A stretch of 63,781 nucleotides of DNA, the filler included, from Dirinaria sp. TL-2023a (Eukaryota), in assembly GCA_051941275.1 (NCBI GenBank). It is 10 parts of 10 records of this genome, joined end to end, with 100 filler letters (N's around TTAATTAATTAA, not from the genome) between each part and the next. Parts side by side here need not be neighbours in the genome. Positions count along the whole stretch, not along the records: positions 31,983 to 38,271 come from JAVEBF010001504.1; positions 38,372 to 44,653 come from JAVEBF010001505.1; positions 44,754 to 51,031 come from JAVEBF010001506.1; 7 more parts are not named here. The stretch is one strand, 5' to 3'. Shown piece after piece: positions 36,875 to 50,248 of the stretch. Position 1 is the first letter of the stretch. Every line of letters starts with the position of its first letter. A program made the position numbers and the translations under genes. The notes beneath the pieces are model-generated. The model saw only the letters and a list, made by a program, of their open reading frames with translations. It was not told where the DNA came from and made no database searches.

Positions 36875-37546
36875 ATGCGGCATATTCTGCAAAGGTTATT
36901 GGCTGTCCTGGTTCTAATAGTAAACACTCTCGTCACCGGTAGCCCGCTTGATGAATTTGATAGTGGGGGAACGAGCGCTGCCAGCCGCAGTCAACATGCA
37001 GGACAAAAAAGGACAATCGATCTCCCCCTCGTCAATTACGCGAGCCTGTCTCCGGAAAGCTCCATATCGGCAATGCAAGGAGAAACCATCCCTTCAGCTC
37101 CAATACGACGGCATCCACACAAGACACTTAGCGATCTCACAGGTGCATCGCTCCAACGCCGCGGCCCCAAAACGTTCAGTGGTCTGACCTACCGTTACCT
37201 CCAAGTCTACGTCATCCAACCTGTTACCGAAGGCTTCAGTGCTTTGGACGCAGATTTAGATGCCGCTTACGTGTCGTACCTGCGGGCGTTGAAGTCCATC
37301 AAAGCCGATCATCCGCCGCTGTTCCGACTCCGATTCACCTACGGAAAATTGCAGCTGACATTTACGTGCGCGAACCCGTTGAACCTGGAAAGCGTGCAGG
37401 AAGCCATCGGTCTCTTGTTGTTTAGCGTGAAGATGTTCTGGGCGGCTTATTGCCATATTGCTTTTTGGAGCGTGAAGGCGGGCGTGTTCTTCATGGTTTT
37501 CACCGTTGTACCTGAGATGGCTGGTGGCCAGAATATAATCGCCTGA
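36875..37546 (+). CDS. Hypothetical secreted pre-pro-protein (~223 aa, intronless)
   Basis: Signal peptide MRHILQRLLAVLVLIVNTLVTG|SPL. Dibasic Kex2-like sites QKR and QRR. Globular C-terminal domain containing FRLRFTYGKLQLTF. Confidence 0.7.
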   Translation: MRHILQRLLAVLVLIVNTLVTGSPLDEFDSGGTSAASRSQHAGQKRTIDLPLVNYASLSPESSISAMQGETIPSAPIRRHPHKTLSDLTGASLQRRGPKTFSGLTYRYLQVYVIQPVTEGFSALDADLDAAYVSYLRALKSIKADHPPLFRLRFTYGKLQLTFTCANPLNLESVQEAIGLLLFSVKMFWAAYCHIAFWSVKAGVFFMVFTVVPEMAGGQNIIA

Positions 37547-38419
37547 ATATTAGTGCAACGCCAGCGGAATGAGCGGTCGGCGCGGAGGAAAATAACCAGC
37601 TATGTTCCTTTGACTAAGCCGCGAGTGGTCGATCTGCTAGATCTGCACCGCTTTCGAGGCGCAAGTTATGGATCTTGAGTCGTGGAAAAACTATACCCAA
37701 GAGGTTAGGATCAGTAAAAAGCCTGTCACGGATCTTTCGAGGTGTGAGAATACCAGGACTTCCAACGGCTATATGGAAGGAAAACGCCTCTCTGTATTCG
37801 GCATCGACAACACTTCGGACTATCCGATTCTAAGAGGGGTAGAAGGATCTTGTACGGATTGAGGGGTCGAGCTAGGCATAGTCCTCGATATTCAGCCACC
37901 CCGTAATCGTACGAGGAAAAATATGACCAGACAATCCCAACCAAAAAGACATGAAGGCAAACTCTATGTACTGTACGCATGTGCAGTACTGAAATATGCG
38001 GCCTTGAGTATCCTGTGAGACTCACATTCTCCATCTTATGCAGAGGTACAGACACGGCAATTAAACTAAAACCTACACAAAGAGGTAGTTTTAGCATCGA
38101 TTCGATTGCGTTAGTGCATAGACGCAACCCATCTCCGGTTGAGGTCATCAGCTCATTCTGGATCCTAAACAATAGCAGAAGCAAAGAACTGAAAAGGCCC
38201 AATGGACCACAACATTGTTTCTACGTACCTATAATGCCTCTCTAAGTACGAAGTCATCAGAGACAACAGAANNNNNNNNNNNNNNNNNNNNNNNNNNNNN
38301 NNNNNNNNNNNNNNNTTAATTAATTAANNNNNNNNNNNNNNNNNNNNNNNNNNNNNNNNNNNNNNNNNNNNGCCTAAAAAAAATTCAGGCTGGCATTCTA
38401 GAAAATGTTCATCAAATCT

Positions 38420-39070
38420 TCTGAGCAAACCTTGAGGTCGATATATGGTACCATAATAAGGTACTTCGAGTCTTTGGAATGGTTCGTCTGTGACACAGTA
38501 TGCGTGGAAGACTCAAGGATCTATATCATTGTTTTCATCACTTTAAAACTCAGGTTTTGCCATGCCGGACTGGAGATCTCGCAATGTTTTCCTAGTCGAG
38601 AGGTTAGTCTTAATACGTAAATCCTCTTTGGTAATTGCATTATTGTTGTAAATGTTGCTCGTAGATATGAATCAAGTAGCGGTTTCAAGCGAGGAATGGT
38701 GCTGCGTTGTGAGAACATTGCCCATAGCTCAGCTTTTTTGAAGAGGTGCTTGGTGCCGTTCGGCAGCACTTTGGAACGAGTATGAGAAATATGCTCTTAT
38801 CTCTCAGCTTTGCACGCCATCAAAGCTGATCAAAGCAAGCTCTTTGTTGGCAATAGTATCCTTGATCATAAGATGGCTCACTACTAGAAGGCATGGATCG
38901 CTGTGCCGGTTGGGATCTGGGTGTAAACGGCTGCGTTTGTTTTCAGAGTACAATCTTCGAGCATTTCTCTTACTCAAAATATTCAACGCGATTTATAATT
39001 ACGGTACCGAGGGCACGAGCGGGAACTGCTTAGTACCGTGAATGAGTGTAATATCGTGGCGAGGACCATC
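38420..39070 (-). pseudogene. Possible heavily degraded cytochrome P450 N-terminal relic
   Basis: Across frames and stops, fragments recall the order of fungal P450 N-terminal motifs (AVPA..., NKELALISFDG, HLFK..AMFS, SNIYNNNAI). Recognition by eye only. Confidence 0.25.
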
Positions 39071-42051
39071 ACGATATCTCGGGTCGTCTATTGGTTCAAT
39101 ATGTCCAGTGACTGATCAGCTGATGCGGAGCATAAAGCATTAGCTCTACCATACATATACATTGAACGATAGCAACAGTCGTACCATAAGCTGTGCGACA
39201 TGATCGAGTACTGGTATAGTATAGTGGTCCGTTGAAGGATCTAGGATCGCATGCTCTACTCCCGCCGGATTAGTCTCGCGTCAACAAGATGCCTTGATGC
39301 GGACAGTAACCGGCGCACCGCCTAATCGCATTCGCTCCTAGAGGGCTGCGCTAATTACGGCTCAAATCCACTGTGACTCCATGTTCACTTCGCTTGTCTT
39401 TCTCTTTCTCGACCTCTAAAGAGCCAAGATCAACCGGATATTCGACTGGCGCCGACCTGATATAGCAGTGGTAGCAAAGAGTAGAGCAGGCAATCTTGGT
39501 AGAACAGAAGATATCCGGCGTGCGAACTCAAATTTGGTCTTTTTCTCTTGACAGCCGCAATCTGCGATGGAAACTTCCCTCGCTCGGGCCGAGCCAAAAT
39601 AGGTAATAGCCGCGGAATGCTAGGGGTAGAGAAGGATTCCCCCATGCCGTCCATGGTAGAGACAGGTCTTGTGCACAGACTTCCTCAATATGTGGCATGT
39701 GCGCGTGCGTGCGAATTGTTCCCTCATCCCCGGCGGGAGACTCGCTAGACTGATCCTGCGAATGTATGAGGAATCGAGGAGTCAACTTTTATTACTTCGA
39801 TAGCGTCTTCAGCGCTCTCCGCGCCTAAGGCCGGCCAGGTAAAGCTCGGATCGGCTGAAGCGGTACTAGCGGCTTTTAGCAAGTTTTGGTTTCCCTGATG
39901 TTACCTCATCCTACCCATCCCCATTCCACAGTGAGTGCTAATCCCGACGATCCGAATGTTTGGATAAGTTACCTGCGCTAAATCAGGCTCATCTGAATGC
40001 CGACTTCGTCGTTTGAGCGGGATACCCTCAAGTTAATTCGGTTTCTGCAACTGTAGGTCTTCCAGTGGCCGAAGGCAATTCTTGTTCGTCCAATCCATTG
40101 GTACCGGTGTCTGTACACATGTGATTGGATGGACAACTTTGATTTTCTGGCGAATTCTTCTCCCTATCTCCACCAGTGAACCTGTACCTGACGACTGTAC
40201 AAACTGAACGTGAGCCGAGTCACCTTCATAGAGACGATAGCCCATGACCACTTTTAGGTTCATCGCTGTAGCTACGTGGGCTAGTCTTACGACGATCTCA
40301 TACTTAACCGGGAAAATGTGTGGCATCCAGTAGCGGTGATTGGTGTTTTCTTGCTCATATTGAGTAGTGCCATCTCCATTGGCAGGTCTGATTGAATGGT
40401 CAAGTCCAAACCAGTAATAATCTCTTCTACACGGCCTAGACCATACAGCTGTCGCTCTTATAAAAAGAATCGATTCACATACCCTAACATCTTCGAAAGA
40501 TCAACGCACCACGCTCAGTGAAGACGGTACTGAGACTAGAAGCGTACGTTGGACGGAATTGTGCCTGAAGCCTTGAGTTCACAGAATGTCTTGAAACAGA
40601 CGACAGCTTTTTCGTCATATCCAGTCGACTCGATGTCGTTAAGAGTATAGTCTTTATTGTTGCCATCCGCAAACACTATCCACCCCAACGTGACTGCACA
40701 ACCGTTTCCGGAAACACAGAACGCTGCTATCTAATATAATTTGCCAAGATACAAGTCTCGTCAACTAGAATCTGATGAAGATGACTGAAGAAAGCCTTAG
40801 AGCTCGTGCTACAGAGCTCTGCAGCGGAAGACTGAGGGCCACTGCCCGTAAGAAGCACCTCTAATGGCTTAACCTGATCATCCATCTCGCCTGCCGCACC
40901 CAATGACTTGCTCGATCGATTACGCTCCAAAGATGGCCAGAATTTATGGAGGAATTGTCGTCGTCTCAATAGCTGTGTGGGTGCTCAGCGGTCTGGCTAT
41001 ATTACCATGACTCCGCCTTTGCTGAGTCTAAGCACAGTCTCAAGTTCTGGCTGTGGTGTAGTAGGGCACTCAGCGACTCCGGTGACGCCACAAGTATGAA
41101 AACAAAGGCTGTAAAAATGTTGAATGGTTGAGCTCAGAGTTGAATGCTGAAAAATATCTTAGAAAGTTACACGACTGCTTGAGCGGAGATGCTGGTTGAA
41201 AGGTGATAACGGCTAACAAGGTGGTACGAGGGTGATTGCATAAGTCCCTGCTAGCGTCATCCTTGAGTCGACTGGCAGGAGTCCATCTGGGAGGCCACCC
41301 AAGATTTTCAACTCAGAATAGGCAGTGCAATCTACTCTCAATAGTGCGCCTCAGCAAAGCGCACCTCTGGTCTCTTTCACCGATCCAATCGAGGAATATA
41401 ATGTGCCAGCTTTGGTTCTTGGTGTGACGCTACGCCCCGCACAATTGTGCTTCGAGGAGCATAAAGGTACTATGAACGAGGATTGGACATTTCTAATTAA
41501 TCGTACTGGTGACCGTGAACGGGTCAGTCATTTTATGGATTTTAACTCCGTACCTTAGCGCTGCGCGGCTAATGCTTTTTTCGTACAGAGCGGGGTATCG
41601 ACAGCGTACATGTATATGAAGGTATGGGTCTGTACTTTGGTTAGAACCTCCCAACGCCCTACCGCCACAAGGGTCCATGAAGGTCCGAGAGTCGCTATCG
41701 TCATGGGCAATGAGCGCGGCGTGGGTCGTCAGGAGTACAACGACACTGGCTCGGACCCCCCCCCACCCTCTCCCCCCCCAATACATGTGGTGTGTGGGTG
41801 AATCGCCAAAAGTTACCATGATAGGACGCAAGGAAGCCCAAGTAAACACACTGCATATATTTCGCCTCCGAGAGGTCCCGCTGTCTTGGCATCAAAAGCC
41901 CACACAAATTGCGCGAGAGCCAATCGTACAAAATCGTGGACACCCACCTACAATTCCGTGTGCGGCACATTCGTTGACGTCGAATACTTAAGAACCAAGT
42001 TTGTTCTTGGTGTCGACTCTTAGCCGAGGAGAGTCTTCGAGCCAAGCAATT

Positions 42052-43445
42052 ATGGCGGAATCTATTCCACCAGCGCAACTGCAGTACTATGAGAAACATG
42101 CGAGCGACAACATGAAACCCAATCTCATTGCAGCCGCTGTGCTAGGCCTTGTTATCGCCTGTATCGCGGTGCTCCTCAGATTCATTGCTAGATGGAAGCA
42201 GCGTGCATCTGTCAAGGCAGATGACTGGCTCATCCTGCTTGCTTTGGTACGAGCCTTCAGGCAGTGATCGGGTCGAGGTTTTGCTGGATTCAGTTAATGA
42301 TGTAGCAGCTTCCTTTAGCCGGATTTACGATATTTCTTTGCTTCGGCGTTCATTATGGTGAAGGCAGACACATCATCTTTATTGAGAATCAGAAAGGATT
42401 TGTGCAAGTGGGTATCTAGTATAGCGGTACCTCCATTGTTAGGCTAACAGTCATCTTTTCAAGGTCTATATAGGTGGAGTGGTTGTTTACGCTTTGACCG
42501 TTGCCCTCATTAAAGTTTCCATACTCTGCCTCTACCATCGAATATTCGCCTCGAGGGGAATATTCATTGCAGCGGCTCTACTGGCAGCTCTCATCATAGT
42601 CTATAATACTGCTCTGGTCCTCGTCGCCTTCTTACAATGCATTCCGCTCTCAACGTTGTGGACTGACGAGTCCGGCGGCAAATGTATCTCACCTGAAGGT
42701 GCTTATGTCACATTGGCGTGCGTACTGTCGATTGTTATATAGGCTAAGCTAACTCGTGACAGAATCATCAATGTTATCACGGATTTCATGATCCTATCCC
42801 TGCCCATCAGATCAATGATACGTCTGCAGATGAAATGCCCACGGAAGATTCAGGTGTTCATCGCCTTTGGACTGGGTGGAATGTAAGTCTACCTTGATCG
42901 TCCAATTCGTACGTGATAACTGATACTTGGCAGTGTCACTATATTCGGTATCGTGCGATGCTTTTATGTTTCTCAAGCCTCATCAACTGATCCGACGTGC
43001 AAGTTATGACCCGCGGCAAAAATTGTATGTGCTAATCTAATGCAATGTAGGGACTGACGCGCGTGTTCGACTTTGGTCACAAGTCGAAATATCTTTAGGC
43101 GTTGTCAGTGCCTGCCTACCAGTATATCGCCCACTTTTTAGACAGAGGGCCCATTCACCGCATGCAGGCCACTTAGAATACCGAGGTCAAGTAATCGACA
43201 GATTGCCGAGAAGTCCTTTGTCCGATGGTAGTGACGTTTTTGGCGGCTGGTCTTCTGTTGAGGTAGCAAAGGCCATCAATCTTGACGTGGAATGCAAGCC
43301 GTTGGAGGGACCAGCAAACTCGGAATTCGTTCAGCGCGATGCAACCTTCAAGGACTCTAGTGAACATCCTGGTCCGGAACTCAAGAAGCAATTTACCAGA
43401 ACTACTCAATCTCAGATTGCAACCGGCTACAAACTTACTTTATGA
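42052..43445 (+). CDS. PTH11-like (fungal rhodopsin-domain) 7-TM integral membrane protein lacking CFEM, multi-exon
   Basis: AVLLRFIARW..KADDWLILLAL; HYGEGRH; IKVSILCLYHRIF; FLQCIP..W..GKC; NVITDFMILSLPI..LQM..KI; GIVR; DPTW; WSQVEISLGVVSACLPVYRPLF. Confidence 0.9.
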
Positions 43446-44840
43446 AAAAGGCTGTCAAGGCTTTATCATTGTTACTGCCTACATGGTGGTATCGGGGATC
43501 CTATTCATCATCGAAACAGTGAATACAAGTCTCGCTGAAAAGACGCTGCTGAAATTTAAGCTCGACTTGCCAAGATTGCGTTAGATGTCTCCTTTTGGAG
43601 GACAAAGACTAGTTATTACACCAGCACGATCATCTAATTGTTTCATCGAAGTCATATCATTAGTATCAGCCTCTCGACATTAACCAAGATATTTGGTTCT
43701 GCAATACGCCATATCCTGATCTCGACTCTGTGACACTTCAGGTATCGTCCGAGGTGACAACCGGAACCTCGCCCCAATAGCTTTCAAATAAATGTCTTCA
43801 GCAGTCAACGCATGAAACGGCCTCTAGAAACATGTTAGCCTCACATCAAACCAACAATTGTTATGAATTACCAAGCTCGGCATCTACCTCTCATACAGCC
43901 ACAAGAGCCGTAGCGTTGAGGACCGCTGGGTCGAAGACGAGAAGGCTGACAAGGCTGGAATGCATATTTGCTTCGGTGAGCGTTCTGTAGTCATGGCTGG
44001 GTTGTGGAAAATTGATGCTGCTATCTGTTACGCTGATATTTCCCTGCTCTGAAATTCTCTACTCTGAAAACGTTGAGAACTCAGTTCACGAGATCGAAGG
44101 CTATATCTTCGTGTCTCACAAAAATGCAGTCGCTTCAGCCCGGCCCTACTCTCGCATCCCACATCACGTGCCACCGACACCTTTCCAGCAATACAATCAA
44201 AACCCTGACAGGGCGCATATTCATTTGTATCGTAGGCTTATCATCTATCAAATAATCTCATAGTGTATTGCTAGCACTCAAGAGAAAAAATAATAAGGAG
44301 GGAAAAAGGCAAAAGCTCAGGCCTACTCGGCCAATGTACCCGCTTGTTGATAACATGTTCTCTAATTTAGAAGTATATAGTGTAATTAAGGTATACTATC
44401 TCTGATTCCATTTCAACACCTTCAATTTGGGGAGTAAGCTCACAAATGTCTACTTTACTTATTTTGTTCCACACTACGGTCATTACCTATCTTCTCTAAT
44501 ATACATATTTCTCCTCTCCAGTCGGTCCTGCCTGTTCAAGCAGATGTGTTGCCCCATAGTGTTATACCTAGAGTGCTGCCTGGCACTAGCGTGGTTGCCT
44601 CGGTGAGTTCTACCTTATTAGAACTCACCCACATACATTTATAGACTTTAGACNNNNNNNNNNNNNNNNNNNNNNNNNNNNNNNNNNNNNNNNNNNNTTA
44701 ATTAATTAANNNNNNNNNNNNNNNNNNNNNNNNNNNNNNNNNNNNNNNNNNNNTCTCTCTCCCCACCTCTCTTCTCTCTCCCCCCCTCTCTCTCGGGAAT
44801 TCTTCCGCTAATTACCATTTCCCGTTAAAACGCGCTGCAG

Positions 44841-45270
44841 TCGGACCGGACTTCACGCGGCGGCCGGTGAAATACGAACGCTTCATCCGGCCCATGGGCC
44901 TGCGCTACAAAAAAGCCAACGTGACCCACCCGGAACTCAAAGTGACCGTGCAGCTGCCCATCCTGGGCGTGAAGAAGAACCCGCAGAACCCGATGTACAC
45001 GCAGCTGGGCGTGCTGACGCGGGGCACCGTGGTCGAGGTCAACGTGTCGGAGCTCGGCATCGTGACCGCGGGCGGGAAGATCGTGTGGGGGCGCTGGGCC
45101 CAGGTGACGAATAACCCGGAGAATGATGGGTGTGTGAATGCGTATGTATTTTCTCTCCTTTTTTTCCTATTCTTCTTTTTTTTCTTTTAAAAAGAAAAAA
45201 TCAGAGAGAGAGAACATGGTTGAGCATGTGTTCCACCAGCTAATTCGCATATAGATTATTGTTGGTTTAA
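44841..45270 (+). CDS. NSA2: Ribosome biogenesis protein Nsa2, 3' portion only
   Basis: [33 protein letters not shown]...[58 protein letters not shown]. Intron 45142-45254. Confidence 0.96.
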
Positions 45271-46180
45271 AAAGAAAGTTTCCATCTTTGTAATGAGAAT
45301 TGTAGAATTGCGCATAGCGTGGCGTGGCGTGGCGTGGCGTTTCTAAAAAAGAGGCTCGGAATACCTTTCCAGAGCAGCCTCTAGGTCTACCTTTGCAGCC
45401 CAAAAAAAAGGAAGAAAGAAAGGGAGAGAAAGAAAACCGCAGCAATTCCCAAGAAGCGGGGACGAAAGCCAGGCAGGGACGGGCGATAGAAGAGCTAGAA
45501 ATATACGAAAATGCCGCTCGTAAACTAAGTTAAATAATCGCACTTCGATTTCAAGACGTTCTCGGGTGGGATACATGCCATTGACGGCGGATGCAAGTTC
45601 ATTGGCAGCGGGAGCAGCAGCAGCAGGCGTAGAAAAGTATGTGAGAGGATAAGAGAATGAAAGTTTGGGGTCCGGGCCTCGTATATAGCAAAAGCTACCT
45701 TACCTACTCCTTCTGAGAACGGTGGTTCTTCATAGAAAAACGGAGCTTCTTCTACCAACATGTCTATTTCGCAGTGGCATGCAACGGTCGAAGAATCGCA
45801 TATCCCAAATACATGATATAAACGAGCAAAAGCGTCAGGCACACCACCGAATAGCGTCCAATCACAGGAAATAATCAGTTGAGAGCAGGTTTTCCCATTA
45901 GGGGAAAAAAAAAAAAAAAAAAAAAGACCCCTAATAAGTGACATTCCTACGTTGTGTGGTATCTGAAACAGCCGTCAAAGTCCCCCTTCCGTCCTCCCAG
46001 AAAAAAGAAAAAAAAAAGAAAGAAACAAAACAAGGCCCATGACTGCATTATCCGCAAGGAAAAGGATCCTCCGCTAGACTAACCCTCATTACATGGTAGA
46101 GTAGATGCCGTCAAAGTCATCGAAAAACATTTCCCAAAACTCTTCCTTTTCCCACCAGTGAAAAATTCAATACAAAGGTC

Positions 46181-46370
46181 TCAATACCCATAGCTCTGTC
46201 TCTGCTCATGCTGGAACAGAGTATTGCCACCGGAGACTTGCGAAAAGCCTATATGACTACCAGGGTTGTACTGCATTGGCGCACTCGTGGGAGCTCCCTG
46301 TGAAAATGGAGTCACTCTCGGGCTACCCGCTAGTCCATATGAAGATGGATCCGCAGCAGTGGAGAAATAT

Positions 46371-46402
<32 letters not shown>

Positions 46403-49400
46403 CTGATACGGCGTCGGAGGTAGGAAAGGGCCAGTCTGCGCGTAACGTGCTGGATGCGACTGTGCCGACTGAATGGTGTGCATGCTGTTGTAAAGGTTCT
46501 CGGGAGATTGCGATTGTGCAACAGGGCCCAGTTTACTATCGACGGGCATGAAAGATGCGGTTGTGGGAGCGTCGTAGGATGGATAGGATTCTGCGCTGTA
46601 AAGGTTGGCGTGAGGCGGGGGAAACCTCGAGCTGGGCGTAGAATGAGGTATTTGAGGCGGATAGGTCGCCGACATGTCGCCTGGAAGCCTGCTTACGGTG
46701 GGGCCCTGGACCATGTTGGGAGGGTAGTATGCTGCCGGCGGCTGCATTGGTGCGAATTGGCTGGCCATGCCGGTAGAAGGCATGCCGTAATTGGACACGC
46801 TCGAAGCAGGGTGAGGGAACGGGCTTTGGAGAGGAGACATGACGGGCTGATTGGACGAGCGCTGTTCGATGGGACTGATTATGGTCTCAGGCGTAACATC
46901 TTTCTTTTCCACAATGCCTATCACGGGCATACTGATCTGCTCCATATGTTTGGAAAGGTGGACGGTAAGCTTCTTCCAACTATTGCAGATGTTTCCGCAG
47001 AATTTGCAGGCTTCGTCTTTCGGATTCTTCTGCGTCTCGTATCGACATGCCTCAACAAGTTTCCAGACCTGATCGATCTCATCAGGGAACTTCTCTGCAG
47101 CCTCCTCCATTTGCCTTCGAGCTTTTTGAGCGGACGGCCCGCGGACTGCGGGCTTACTGGCCTTCGCCGTCTTCATCTTCGGCTCGGGCAATTTGTGTTC
47201 ACGTACCAGATGCTGCACGAAATTGTCTTTGCGGTAGCATGTGTGATTGCAATCATTGTAACTGCAGGACCACCATTCCAACTGGCGATGACGCTCATTC
47301 TCGTGCCGCACCCAATCGGCCTTGCGCTTGAAGGATTTCGGTTCGGCGCAGTTGACGAAAGTACAAGTGAAGGGCTGCACGTCCTCGTGTACGTGCTTCG
47401 ACCAGTCTGAGGGCTTGTGGAATTTTTTGACTTTGAAACAAAGCGAGCACTCGAATTCGGCAGGCAGACGTTTGACTGGCGGCATTGGGACACCAGGAGG
47501 GAACTGTGCCGGAGTTACAGCACCCTCCAAAGCATTCACGTCGTCGTCTGACTGACCAAGGCCTGCAACGGAGAATCCAGTTTGCGACCAATCCGGTTCT
47601 TTGGTATTCGACTTGGACTGGACATAGGTGGGTTCACCTCCTTGTACAAGACAATGCTTACCCGAACCACACTTTCCAGCGGTAGTTGCTTGAAGGTGCT
47701 TGACCTTGAATTCAACCAGCTTCTTATAGCGGCGAAGTTGTTCCTGCGAGATTCTTTCAATCATGAACAGCGGCAAGCGAGGATTGAGCTCCTTGACATT
47801 TGCCTTGAAGCCCTCCAGAGTCGGGATGATAGGATCGCCTCGCAAAGTAAGGTCGATCACTATGCCTTTCTCATCTCCACCTTCCTCATCATCGTCTTCG
47901 AGCTCTTCGGAATGCTCAGCCTGGATAGATTTCGTCTCTTCCTTTTGGGAAGCCGCAAGAGCAGGCATAGGCGGTCCACCTTGTTTCATCCAAAGCTCTG
48001 TCAAATTCGTCGATGATCCTGTACCTTTCGGAAGATCACTCCGACTCCTCGAACGCTTCATAGTGTTCTTAGCAGAGGCCCAAGGGCTGGTGGGGGTAGG
48101 AGTAGCTGAAGCGCTGACAGGGCCACTGGTACCGGCGCCCAAGGAAGCCACACTGATCATGGCGGCCACGGCACTGCCAGTGTTGATGCGTGGAGATTTT
48201 GGTTTCTTACCCAGACTTGGCACTCGTTGAAGTGGTCTAGGAAGACCTAAGCTTCCGGAACTGTCCTGCTTGCTGTGCTCCAAAGTAGCTGGACGCGACG
48301 CAAGTCTTGGAGACCCGCTTTCTTTACGCTTCAGCATGCTGCCGCTCCTTTTTGGCCTCAACTTTGCTGCGGCTTGCTCCAAGAAAGTCCCTCGGCGACT
48401 GCCTTGAGCCTTTTCACCGGCTTCCGCTTGGCTACTGATTGACATGCGATGCAAGACGCTTGCCAGATCACCGTCGCTCACACGGCGAGTGCCCCAAGTA
48501 GCAGCCCGGGAAAGAGTCTCTAGCTCCGCAGCTTTCTGCTCGAATTTGTACATGGCTTCGTTGGATGTCCCCGGTTGAGCTTTCACGCCAAGGTTTGTTG
48601 AATCATACAAAGGATCTTCCCACAGCTTGAGTCGATATAGAGGTGGTCGTTCGATGGCGGGATTGGCAATGGAGTATTCCTCGCTGTTTTGCGCTCCCTG
48701 ATCGATCACGTGCATGGCGGCGGGAGGAGACGCTGGCCGATCAATGTGCTCGTCTTCTTCGTCACTTTCGTTCAAGTCTTCGTCATCCTCATCACCGCTT
48801 TCTTCATCAATAAGCACGCCCGGGCCCGGTATATGAAAGTCAGCAGGCGAGCGGCGAGTTCCTCTAAAACTTTCGAGGTTTTCACGCGAGAGACTATCGC
48901 CGGTGCTTTTCGCTCTTTGGCGCCTACTGAAAGTTGGTAACTCAAGGGGCTTAGACGGCAGCGCTGCTTCGCCCTGAACCTCACTGCTTGCTTCACTTTG
49001 AGCCAACCATTCCTGTACGTCGGCCATTCTCAGTGCAGTCTCGGCGTTAACATCCTGATCATGGAAATTCGGGATTTCGTCACTATCAACTTGTAGCCTT
49101 GCATGCGGATCTAGACCAACCCGATGGGATGCATCCAGTGGTCTCCCATGTACTGTGGGACTGACGGGTGAGTCCGCATGGGTACCGGGAGCATCGTGAA
49201 CCTCAAACCTCTCTCCATCCTCAAGACTCCCAACGTCTGGCTCAACAGCCAAATGGGACGAACCATGACTACGCTTGCTTGCGGCTCGAGCCAAACCGGC
49301 ACTACGAGCAGGTGAGTCACCCCTGCTGTAGGATTCTATGCGAACGACAGGGCTAGCAGCAGGGGCCGTCTCCAATCGTGTAAAGCGGTCCGGGCTGGTG

Positions 49401-50248
49401 CCGTTGGAGCTGCGTGTACCTCTGGAGCTACCGGTGAGAGCCGGTGTTGTTTGCTGTGCGGAGCCTCCGGGGCCTCCGGAGACACCAATTGCCATATTGT
49501 CTCCGCTGTTCAATACTGTGTTCGCCGCAGCTTCCGCCTTCAGATCTCTTTCGTCCGCAAGAGGACTTTCTTGCCCTACTCCTGAGCCTGGGCTGGCAAT
49601 ATCGGTCAAGATAGGGCTCATCAAGTGCGAGGACAAGGTTGCGGTACCGAGAGAGGTCCGGGTAGCGTTGGTGTCATGCGATTTGTGTGTGGTCGTGCTC
49701 ACTGGGTCGGAAATCTCTCGATCCCGAAAGTCGTCCTCGTCTCTCGTTTCGTCCCCTGGCTGGCTGGCTAGGTGGCCCGGGAAATCGGGTCCTGATAGCC
49801 AACCAAAATCGTTCTCTAGGTGGCGATAAAAGTCATCGCCGTAGTCTGGACTTCCTGTGTGCTCACTCGACTCGGTATAGCCATTCTCGGATATATAGGT
49901 ATTCGGACTCAAGAACTCATAGTTGGTTTCTGTGGTGAACGGGTCTTGTAGAGTTTGGGAGGGTGTGGCTTGCTGATGGACGGGAGTCAGTAGGCTCTGA
50001 GAGTGTCCCAAGCCATTTGTATAGTTGTTCTGTGGCGGCGTCAGGGCAGCGGCAGAACCGTTGGGCAGAGCTGGGGAGAGGGATGCAGGGTGGGGTTGCG
50101 GGTTCGGTGACAGCTCGGCCGCTGCAACTTGGAACAATTGCTCGTCGTCCAGCGAGGAAGGGAAGAAGGGATCGTAGGAGTGATCATTGAAGCCCGTCGC
50201 GCGGGAAGGCTGCCGGCTCCCCGAGGGAGAAGACCTTATAGTCGACAT
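46181..50248 (-). CDS. Large intronless C2H2 zinc-finger protein (putative transcription factor, ~1355 aa)
   Basis: FECSLCFKVKKFHKPSDWSKHVHEDVQPFTCTFVNCAEPKSFKRKADWVRHENERHRQLEWWSCSYNDCNHTCYRKDNFVQHLVREH, then ACKFCGNICNSWKKLTVHLSKHMEQI. Disordered flanks and a Q/P-rich C-terminus. Confidence 0.92.
46371..46398. repeat. (CTG)n microsatellite encoding the polyQ tract of the C2H2 protein
   Basis: TGCTGCTGCTGCTGCTGCTGCTGCTGCT corresponds to QQEQQQQQQQQQQ on the minus strand. Confidence 0.9.

Noticed and set aside
46454..47410. 318-aa + strand ORF and other overlapping ORFs
   Set aside because: Antisense to the C2H2 gene; a codon-bias artefact.
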